This document shows positions 54,680-64,000 of a DNA stretch of 64,000 nucleotides, piece by piece (position 1 is the first letter of the stretch; each line of letters begins with the position of its first letter). The position numbers and the translations under genes were made by a program. The stretch is from Mobula birostris. Its lineage: Eukaryota. The stretch is taken from NCBI RefSeq assembly GCF_030028105.1, contig NC_092393.1:59275121-59339120 (forward strand), given 5' to 3'. The notes below the pieces were generated by a model that worked only from the letters and a program-made list of their open reading frames with translations, did not search any database and was not told the DNA's origin.

Positions 54680-54965
54680 GTAGAGTAGCGGTTACCATAA
54701 TGCTTCATTGCGCCAGCGATTGGGAGATCGGGGTTCAATTCCTGCCACTGTCTGTAAGGAGTTTGTACGTACCCCCTGTGACCATGTGGGTTTCCTCCAG
54801 GTGCTCCAGTTTCCTCCCACAGTCCAAAGATGTCAGGGTTCGTAAGTTGTAAGTGCGCTATGTTGGCGACACTTGTGGGCTTCCCTGAGCACAATTCTTG
54901 GCCACTGACGAAAAACGACCCATTTCACTGTATATTTCAATGTTTCAATGAGTAAGACCAATCTT
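54680..54965 (+). mobile_element. tRNA-derived V-SINE (HE1-like); representative of more than 15 copies, e.g. about 4250-4575, 8420-8730, 10960-11220, 12220-12530, 19245-19490, 22620-22820, 31940-32220, 44590-44840, 46260-46455, 52520-52770, 53445-53705, 57720-57990, 58980-59190, 59700-59970, 61260-61600
   Basis: A/B-box head (gtagcggtta...gggttcaattcc) followed by the V-domain core gtttgtacgt...gtgggtttcctccaggtgctccagtttcctcccacagtccaaaga. Confidence 0.8.
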
Positions 54966-55968
54966 TAAATCTTAAAACTCCGTGTTTAAAAGAAAAATCT
55001 GCCCTCATATCTCATTAAAACTTACCCCCTCTCATCTCAAATGCATATCCTCTGGTACTTGACATTCCAGCTGGGAAAAAGAATCTAAGCCTCTCATAAT
55101 CTTATAAACAACTAACAGATTTCCCCTCAGTGTCTGAAAACAACACAACTCACAACTTTGTCCAACCTCTCCGAATCAGAATCAGGTTTTATCACTGGGA
55201 TACAGAAGGTCGTAAAATGTGTTATTTTGTGGTAGCAGTGCAGTGGAATTCACTACGAATTGCTCCAAGTTAAAATAAGAATGTTTTATATGTATATTTT
55301 TTAAAAAGTGCAAAAAGAGAGCAAAATTGTAAGTTAGTGTTCATGGACTGTTCAGAAAACTGAGAGGAAGAAATTGTTCCTAAGTCGTTGAGGATGTGTC
55401 TCCTGTACCACCTCCTGATTGTAGTTATAGCTCATGCCCTCTAATCCAGTCAGCATTCTGGTAGAACTTTTCTTCAGCCTTTCCAAAGCCCTCACACCCG
55501 TCCTGTAACAGGGCGACCAGAAATATGCAGAGTATCCGCTCACAAAGCACATGCGCAAATGCACACAGGCACACACCCAGAGCACACACACAAAACGCTG
55601 GAGGAACTCAGCAGGCCAGGCAGCATCTATGGAGAAGAATAAACAGAAGATGCTTTGGGCCGAGACCCTTCTCCGGGACCTGATGAAGAGCCTCGGCCCG
55701 AAACATCGACAGTTTCTACGATACTCACCATGTTTCCCTATATCACTTGGCATACTGAGTATCCAGGTTCACAGTACGGAACCATTCCCCATTCATTCCC
55801 AGTATCACGTGCCCACTAACTCCTCTTCCACACCCACCCTTCTGCCCCCACATTCTCCAAGCAGCCACTACAAAATAAGAACAATTAAAAGAGGCCAATT
55901 AACCCAGCAACACACATCAAAGTTGCTGGTGAACAGAGCAGGCCAGGCAGCATCTCTGGGAAGAAGTA

Positions 55969-56006
55969 CAGTCGACGTTTCGAGCCGAGACCCTTCGTCA
56001 GGACTA
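55969..56006 (-). ncRNA. Minimal type-I hammerhead ribozyme motif
   Basis: Minus strand tagtc-CTGACGA-a-gggtctcggctc-GAAACGTC-gactg: complete core, stem I tagtc/gactg, 4-bp stem II, palindromic ACGT in place of stem III. Confidence 0.75.
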
Positions 56007-56351
56007 ACTGAAGGAAGAGTTAGTAAGAGATTTGAAAGTGGGGGGGGAGGGGAGATCCAAAATGATAGGAGAAGGCAGGAGGGGGAGGGATGGAGCCAAG
56101 AGCTGGACAGGTGATTGGCAAAAGGGGATATGAGAGGATCATGGGACAGGAGGCCTAGGGAGAAAGAAAAGGGGGAGGGGGGAAAAAAAAACAGAGGATG
56201 GACAAGGGGTATCTCGCTATCCTCTCATACCCGTTTTGCCAATCACCTGTCCAGCTCTTGGTTCCATCCCTCCCCCTCCTGTCTTCTCCTATCATTTCGG
56301 ATCTCCCCTTCCCCTCCCACTTTCAAATCTCTTACTAGCTCTTCTTTCAGT

Positions 56352-56389
56352 TAGTCCTGACGAAGGGTCTCGGCCTGAAACGTCAACTG
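56352..56389 (+). ncRNA. Minimal type-I hammerhead ribozyme motif (one stem-I mismatch)
   Basis: tagtc-CTGACGA-a-gggtctcggcct-GAAACGTC-aactg. Confidence 0.65.
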
Positions 56390-56754
56390 TACCTCTTCCT
56401 AGAGATGCTGCGTTCACCAGCAACTTTGATGTGTGTTGCTTGAACTTCCAGCATCTGCAGATTTCCTCGTGCTGGCGAATTAACCCAGCAAGTTGGATAT
56501 TGGGAGGATGCGGGAGGAAACCCACAGGGTCACAGGGAGAGTGTACGACCTCTGTACAGACAGCAACAGAGGTCAGGATCATACTCACTTGCTGGATCTC
56601 TGTGCCAGTGCAGCCGTACCCACCCAGGGAGGAGTGGGAAGTGCTGTGATCTGGAATTCCCCAGGTATTAAGTTCCCAATTTCAGCCTCAGCAACAGTTA
56701 CAGGTGAATATCCTTTTGTACTTTAATTCCTCTTTTGAAACAAATACTTCCAAG

Positions 56755-57510
56755 AATTTCTTCAGCCTCAGGAGGTCAGAGTTGGTTACAAACTTCACTA
56801 CAAGGTTCAATTGCCATTTATCTTCTGAGATGTGGCTAGATAGGGGGTGACAAAAGGCACAGGCCGAGTGGACAGCCAGAGGCTCTTTCCCAGGGTGGAA
56901 TTGGCTAATATCAAGGGGGCATCATTTTAAGGCGATTGAAGGAAAGTATAGGGGGATGTCAGAGGTAAGTTCTTTACACAGAGAGTGGTGAGTGTGGGAG
57001 GGACACACTGGCAGGGGCGTTGTAGAGGCAGATACATTAGGGACATTCTAGAGACCCTTAGATAGGCACATGGATGATAGAAAAATGGGGTGTTATGTGG
57101 AAGGGAATGGTTAGATTGAATAGGTTGGAAGGTTGGCACAACATTGTGGGCTGGAGAGCCTGTACTGTGTTACACTGTTCAAGGTTCAAAGACAATTTGT
57201 TTTGTTTACATCTGGTCTCGGCCCAAAACATCGACTCTTTATTCCTTTCCGTAGACGCTGCCTGACCTGCCGAGTTCCTCCATCATTTTGTGTGTGTTGT
57301 TCTGGATTTCTTGTGTGTACATTTTGTTTTGGATGGGACTTTTCACTACTAAGGATTAGCCATTTCCATCCTGGGGGAAAAGTCTCTGGCTGTCCACTTG
57401 GTCTGTGCCTTTTATCTCCCCTATCTAGTCACCTCTCAGAAGATAAATGCCGATCGAACCTCGTAGTGAAGTTTGATAAAGCTGCAAAGAACGAACTTAG
57501 CCTTGAGAAT
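56755..57510. repeat. Diverged inverted duplication (about 56755-56900 vs 57362-57510)
   Basis: aaacttcactacaaggttcaattgccatttatcttctgaga...gtggacagccagag is reverse-complementary to ctctggctgtccac...tctcagaagataaatgccgatcgaacctcgtagtgaagttt. Confidence 0.8.
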
Positions 57511-58049
57511 GAACAGCTCCTTCTGTTTTCTACAATTGTTTTGCCTGTGTAGAATTATGTTCGGTGCTTCCAAAGCGTACAGGTCTGACTTCCAACGGTT
57601 TGCTGCAAGAAAATGCTTTAAACTTCAGGGACGTGATGTGAAACACACACAAAATGCTGGAGGAACTCGGCAAGTCAGGCAGTATCTATGGAGGGAAATA
57701 ATCATTTAATTCAGAGACTGGCATAGAGTTTAGCGTAGCCATCACGGGTTAATTCCTGCTGCTGCCTGTAAGGAGTTTGTACATTCTCCCAGCGGCAACA
57801 TGGGTTTCCTCTCATGTTCTAAAGACATATGGATTAGGGTGAGTGAGTTGTGGGCATGCTATGTTGGTTCTGGAAGTATGGCGACTCTTGTGGGCTGCCC
57901 CCAGCATGTCCTTGGATTGTGTTGGTTGTTAACGCAAACGACACATTTCACTGAATGCTTTGATGTATATGTGACAAATGAAGTTCATCTTTCACTTTTT
58001 AAAATCTTTTGCGCTGTACCTGCTGCAATGATTGGAGTAGTGATTGTAT

Positions 58050-58592
58050 TTCAACAGCTTGTAAAGCACCTGGGGGTGTGGACAAGGGGCACTCCTGGGC
58101 CTCCGATCAAAGTGGCTTTTGAGGAGGGCACAGAGGTTCACTAGAATGATGCTGGGATTGAAAGAGTTAATGCTCAAGAAGTGTTTGATGCTTCTGGGAA
58201 TGAAGGAGATCTCTTTGAAACCTACCGAATATGGAAAGGCCTAGACAGAGTGGATGTGGAAATGATGTTTCCTACAGTGGGGGAATCTAAGACCAGAGGG
58301 CACAGCCTCAGAATGGAGGGACATCCATTTAGAACAGAGATGAGGAGGAATTTCTTTAGCCTTCTTTAGGCTGGTGAATTTATGGAATTCATCGCCACAG
58401 ATGGCTGTGGAGGCCAAGTCAGTGGGTACATTTAAAGCAGAGGTTGATAGGTTCTAGATTAATCAGGATGTTAAGGGATACAGGGAGAAGGCAGGAGAAT
58501 GGGGTTGGGAGGGATAATAAATCAGCCACGATGGAATAGTGGAGCAGACTGGAGTGGTTTATCGAGTCTGCTCTTATGTTTTATGGTTTATG
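58050..58592 (+). mobile_element. CR1 LINE 3' fragment
   Basis: GDLFETYRIWKGLDRVDVEMMFP...RGHSLRMEGHPFRTEMRRNFFS; tail ttatggtttatggt. Confidence 0.85.
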
Positions 58593-60304
58593 GTACTCTG
58601 AGCTTGACAGAAAAGTAGGTGGGGAGAGATGGGGAGGAGCTGGTTGTGGGAAAGGAGCTTCTGCCCTGATGCAAGGCGTGGGAACCCGGAGAGGAAAAGC
58701 TCCTCAGGGCAACTTCAGACAAGTCAGGCAGTGACAGCGCAGGAAGAACAGGTCACAGAGTGACTCACTGAACAGGTACATGACCTGCTGAGCTGTCCTT
58801 TTTGTTCCCTGTCTATTGTGAGCTCCCTGTTTCAACCACATTTACGTCACAGTGAGCAACACACCATTCTGTTGTCATCCCCAGCCCGTTTCACAACCGA
58901 ATGAGGTCATGGTCTGCTGGGATTTTAGTTCCTCCCGTCGGCTTCAGACCCAAATTGCTTGCATTTATTTATGATTGTTATTGAGATGCAGTGTGGAATA
59001 GGCCCTTCTGGCCCTCGAGCCATGCTGCCCAGCGACCCCCAAATTATCCGAGCATAATCGCAGGATAATTTACAATCAGTAATTAACTTACCAACCAGTA
59101 CATCTTTAGACTGTGGGAGGAAACCACAGCACCCGGAGGAAACCCACATGGTCACGGGGAGAGTGTACAAACCCCTTACGGGCAGTGGTGGGAGGTCTCT
59201 CTCCCTCTCAGTTCGAAACTCACTGACTGAGGGAGCGTCTACTCCTGTTTGTCAACACGAGAGATTCTGCAGAGGCTGGAAATCCAGAGTAACACACACA
59301 AGATGCTGGAGGAACTCAGCAGGTCGGGCAGCATCTGTGGAAGTGAATAGGAAGAGGGCAAAAGCCAGAATAAAAGGATGGGGTGGGGGTGGACATGAAC
59401 CAGCAGGTCATAGGTGATTCCAGGTGGGTGGGGGAAGTGGGAATGTTGTGAGAAGCTGGAAGTTGACAACAGAGGAGGGAAAGGGAATCCAATGAAGGGT
59501 CTCGGCCTGAAACATCGACTATTTAGTCATTTCCATAAACTCCGCCTGCCCTGCCCTGTTCCTCCGGCTTTTTGTGTGCGTTCCTCCTATTTGTGTCAGA
59601 GAATATCTGAGAAACAGAAAAAAAGAGAAGTACTTTTACAGGTACTTCCTACGTTTCCTTCCGAACAACCCACTCAGATTCTACAGTTAAACGTTCACAC
59701 GGGAGCGGCACGGTTGCGCGCGCACAGTTATCGATTCCTGCCGCTCCCTGTAATCCCCCCCGTGGCCACGAAGGTTTCTGCCGGACGCCCCGGTTTACTC
59801 CCACAGTCCAAAGACGTACGGGTCAGGGTCAGTAAGTTGTGGGCGTGCTATGTTGGCGCAGGAAGTGTGGCGACACTTGCGGGCTGCCTAGCCCAATCCG
59901 CGCTGACTAGGTTTGACACAAAAATGACACGTTCCACTGAGCATTTTGATGTACGTGTGACAAATAAATAAAGACATGTTAAACCCTCCCAACAGTGAAA
60001 TATTTTCTCTCCCTCCAAGCCCCAGATCAATAACAGTATCTGTGACTGTGTTTCTCTACCCATTCCCTCTGCCTGTCCATTTCTTTACCCTTATTCATCT
60101 GACCCCTTCACTCCTTCTCATTCCCCTCCCCACCCTCGCGACATGTCCGTTATCCATGCCTTCCTCCCTCAGGGTTCCCATCTCCTTCCCTACCTCCATG
60201 GTCCACTGTCCTCTCCGATCAGATTCCACCATGTTCATCCCTTTGCATCTTCCATCTATCACCTTCCAGTTTCCCACATCATTCCCACTTTCCTCCCCCC
60301 ACCT

Positions 60305-61262
60305 ACACATTCCACCATCACCCCCCATTCCATCATCTCCCATTCCATTACCACCCCATTCCACCCCCCACATTCCATCACCCCCATTCCACCCCCCACA
60401 TTCCATCACCCCCATTCCATCACCCCACATTCCGTCACCCCCCACATTCCATCATCTCCCATTCCACCCCCCACATTCCATCACCCCCATTCCACCCCCC
60501 ACATTCCATATCCCCCATTCCACCCCCCACATTCCATCACCCCCCACATTCCATCACCCCCCATTCCACCCCCCACATTCCATCACCCCCATTCCATCCC
60601 CCACATTCCATCACCCCATTCCACTCCCACATTCCATCACCCCCATTCCACCCCCCACATTCCATCATCTCCCATTCCATCACCCCGCATTCCATCACCC
60701 CGCATTCCATCACCCCCCATTCCACCACTCCCCATTCCACCACTCCCCATTCCACCACTCCCCACATTCCACCACTCCCCATTCCACCACTCCCATTCCA
60801 TCACTCCCCACATTCCACCACTCCCCATTCCATCACTCCCCACATTCCACCACTCCCCATTCCATCACTCCCCACATTCCACCACTCCCCATTCCACCCC
60901 ACATTCCACCACTCCCCATTCCACCACTCCCCATTCCATCACCCGCATTCCGTCACCCCCCACATTCCGTCATCTCCCATTCCATCACCCCCCCATTCCA
61001 CCACTCCCCATTCCATCACTCCCCACATTCCACCACTCCCCATTCCACCCCACATTCCACCACTCCCCATTCCACCACTCCCCATTCCACCACTCCCCAT
61101 TCCATCACCCGCATTCCGTCACCCCCCACATTCCGTCATCTCCCATTCCATCACCCCCCCATTCCACCACCCCATTCCATCCCCCCACATTCCAACATCC
61201 CCCCACATTCCACCAACCCCCTACATTCCATCACCCCCCCCCATTCCACCATCACCCCTCCA
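60305..61262. repeat. C-rich tandem repeat built on CATTCCA(T/C)CAC(T/C)CCC units
   Basis: About 950 bp of roughly 12-17-nt units, each containing CATTCC; produces the spurious Pro/His-rich ORFs. Confidence 0.95.
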
Positions 61263-61684
61263 TTTGTCACATGTACATCGAAACATCAAAACATTCAGTG
61301 AAATGTGTTGTTTATGTCAACGACCAACAGCATCCGGGGACGTGCGGGGGGCAGCCCAGTACACTTAACGAAACGCCCCAGTCGGGGTTTAACTCCTGCC
61401 GCTGTTTGTAAGGGGGTTTCCTCCAGGTGCTGCAGTTTCCTCCCACCTTTCAAAAAAGCACAGGTAAGGGTGAGTAAGTTGGTGCTGGAAGTGTGGTGAC
61501 ACTTGTGGGCTGCCCCCAGCACATCTTCAGGCTGTGTTGGGCATTGACGCAAACACTGCATTTCATGATATATCTCTATATAAGTGTGACAAATAAACCT
61601 AAGGAAAGATCTTTATCTTTAAGATTCACCAATTACAAATGTAAGTATTTAATTCTAAGCAGGTGACATTTTGTCATCTCCGGT

Positions 61685-63132
61685 CATCCCAACAAGAGAG
61701 TGTGTGATACTGAGTCCGCTATTAGGGACTGAGACGGGGCAGGTGACAGAAGTTTGTGTCAGGAAACACTTTGCACCTAGTGATCACAATGCCATTAGTT
61801 TCAAAGTTAATATGCAAACAGATAGGCCTGGTCCAAGGGTTGAGATTGTAAATTGGAGAAAGGCCAATTTTGATGGTATCAGAAATTATCTGGCAAGTGT
61901 GGGTTGGGGCACATTATTTTCTGGCACAGTGCTTTTCTTGGCAAGAGCCAGGCCTTCAGAAGTGAAATTTGAGAGTACAAAGCTTGTATGTGCCTGTCAG
62001 AGTAAAAGTTAGTAAATTGGATTAGACATTGGCTCTGTGGGAGAAGCCAGAGAGTAGTAGTAGGTGGTTGCCTCTCTGACTGGAGGCCGGTGACTAATGG
62101 TGTGCCACAGAGATCGGTGCTGGGGCCATTGATGGCTGTCATCCATATCAATGATCTGGATGATAATGTGGTTCACTGTATCAGCAGATTTGTGGGTGAC
62201 ACCAAGATTGGTGGTGTAGTGGACGGTAAGGAAGACTATCATGGTTTGGACCTGGACCTGGATCTGGACCCATTGGAAAAATGGGCTGAAAAATGGCAAA
62301 TGGAATTTAATGCAGACAAACGCGCGATGTTGTACTTTGGGAGGACCAGCCATGATAGGTCTCACACAGTGAATGGTAGGGCGCTGAGGAGTGCAATGGA
62401 ACAGAGGGATCTGGGAATCTAGGAATCTAGGTCCATAGTCATTGAAAGTAAAGAAAGCTTTCAGCACATTGGTCTCATAAATCAAAGTATTGAGTACAGG
62501 AGATGGGATGCTATGTTGAAATTTATAAGACATTGATGAGGCCTAATTTTGAGTATTCTGTACAGATTTGGTCACCTACCTACAGGAAAGATGTAAATAA
62601 GATTGAAAAAGTACAGAGAAAATTCACAAGGATGGTGCCAGATCTGGAGAACTTGAGTTAGTAAGGAAAGGTTGAATAGGTTAGGACTTTATTTCTTGGA
62701 ACGTAGAAGCTTGAGAGATGTGATAGAGGTATACAAAATTATGAGGGGTACAGATGGGCTAAATGTAAGTAGGTTTTTTTCACTGAGGAAGGGTGGGACT
62801 ACAGCCAGAAGTCATGGGTTAAAGGTGAAAGATGAGAGGTTTAAGGGGAACATAGGTTAAGGGTGAAAGGTGAGAGGTTTAAGGGGAACATGAGGGGAAA
62901 CTTCTTCACTCAGGGTCGTCAGAGTGTGGAATGAGCTGGCAGCGCTAGTGGTGTGTGCGGGCTCGATTTCGATGTTTAAGAAGTTTGGACAGGTACATCG
63001 ATGGTAGGGGTATGGAGGGCTATTGTCCTGATGCAGGTTAATGGGAGTAGGCTGTTTAAATGGCTCGGCACAGACTCGATGGGCTGAAAGGCCTGTTTCT
63101 GTGCTGTACTTTTCTATGACTCTCTAACTCTA
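61685..63132 (+). mobile_element. Degenerate, internally deleted CR1 LINE ending just upstream of PH-gene exon 4
   Basis: SDHNAISF, GVPQRSVLGP, WQMEFNADK, DVIEVYKI segments; tail gtgctgtacttttctatgactctctaactcta. Confidence 0.88.
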
Positions 63133-63150
63133 TAATTCACTCAAAAACAG

Positions 63151-63234
63151 GTTCAGTCGGTAAGAGAAAAGGAAGCCAGGAACCACGAGTATCTGTTTGA
63201 GATGGTCATGAAGAATGGGAAGAGAAAGGTGCTG
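63151..63234 (+). CDS. PH-domain protein, coding exon 4; gene continues beyond the window
   Basis: aaaacag|GTT...GTG CTG|gtaagt; VQSVREKEARNHEYLFEMVMKNGKRKVL (PH beta-5 to beta-7, F.I....R motif); phase 0-0. Confidence 0.82.
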
Positions 63235-63382
63235 GTAAGTCCAACTATGGGAACATGCTGCATTGCCTTTGGATACGAGTTAAACTACAGTCCTGCAGTA
63301 ATGCTCTATAATTCCACATTGAAGGTAACAAAAACAAAAAAATCTGGAAACTCAAGTTTGAATCACTCTGTAAAGGAACAAA

Positions 63383-64000
63383 GTGAACATTAATCTGTCG
63401 CCTCCCAAATCCTTACATCATTCCCACTCTCCCCACCCTCACCTGCCTATCAAACCCCACTCCTCTGGATCCACCAATCACCACTCTCTCCCACCTGCCT
63501 ATCAAACCCCACTCCTCTGGGTCCACCAATCACCACTCTCTCCCACCTGCATATCAAACTCCACTCCTCTGGATCTACCTATCACCACTCTCCCCCACCT
63601 GCCTATCACCTGGATCCACCAATCACCGCTCTCACCCCTCTCACCCCTCTCCTCCTCACCTGCCCATCTCCTCCCTCTGGTTCTCCTCGTCCTTCCCTTT
63701 CTCCCAAGGTCCACTCTGCTCTCCTATCAGATCCCTCCTTCTTCAGCCCCTTACCTTTTACACCTATTGCCTCCCAGCTTCTCACTTCATCCCCCTCCCT
63801 CACCCACCCACCTTCTGCCTCACCTGGTCTCATTTATCACCTGCCACTTGTACTCCTTTCATTCCCCCAACCTTCTTGTTTGGGTTTCTACCCTGCTCTC
63901 CTTTCCAGTTCTGATGAAATGTCTTTGCTCGAAACATCGACTGTTCATTCCCGTCCACAGATGCAGCCTGACCTGCTGAGTTCCTCCAACATTTTTGTGT
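63383..64000 (+). mobile_element. Penelope-type 3' end with internal tandem duplications and decayed hammerhead core
   Basis: Pyrimidine-rich body with repeated cacctgcctatcaaaccccactcctctgg units, then cagttctgatgaaatgtctttgctcgaaacatcgactg near 63906. Confidence 0.7.

Larger units (their letters stand above)
55911..56477. mobile_element. Short Penelope-type element as inverted pair, with 14-bp target-site duplication
   Basis: Arms about 55911-56120 and 56235-56440 are reverse complements; flanked by aattaacccagcaa at 55897-55910 and 56478-56491; inserted into a V-SINE. Confidence 0.85.

Noticed and set aside
55551-56726. ORFs of 187, 137 and 98 aa around the inverted element
   Set aside because: Translations of SINE and Penelope-type repeat sequence that recur throughout the window
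56600-56830. Protein-like minus-strand stretch LNLVVKFVTNSDLLRLKKFLEVFVSKEELKYKR
   Set aside because: Short, no recognisable family, no convincing splice sites; the inverted copy diverges in frame
59976-61411. 441-aa and 422-aa Pro/His-rich ORFs and the Gly-rich antisense ORFs
   Set aside because: Products of the stop-free C-rich tandem repeat; several frames are open at once; located in an intron of the PH gene

Overview
Vertebrate genomic DNA, almost certainly from a cartilaginous fish (elasmobranch), inferred from the repeat landscape: HE1/V-SINE-type SINEs, HER1-type CR1 LINEs and a Deu-domain SINE. The + strand carries the 3' two-thirds of RHOT1 (Miro1). Nine internal coding exons (1323-23151), the Cys-rich cassette exon (24601-24723) and the terminal transmembrane exon (42871-42988) were hand-spliced with GT-AG sites in consistent phase. 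A 3' UTR with a polyA signal follows. Downstream are the first four coding exons of a PH-domain gene I cannot name (54090-63234), which continues beyond the window. Introns are packed with mobile DNA: a young CR1 LINE with an in-frame internal deletion, a full-length but broken IR/DR Tc1 transposon, Gypsy, Rex/Babar and RTE fragments, and Penelope-like elements. Most notable observations: (i) a family of short Penelope-type elements carrying minimal type-I hammerhead ribozyme cores, one as an inverted pair with a 14-bp TSD; (ii) a candidate extra in-frame RHOT1 cassette exon (37661-37807) behind a UG repeat; (iii) long-range complementary segments that could loop that exon out. Almost all other ORFs in the supplied track are repeat-derived or spurious. 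Repeat boundaries are approximate.
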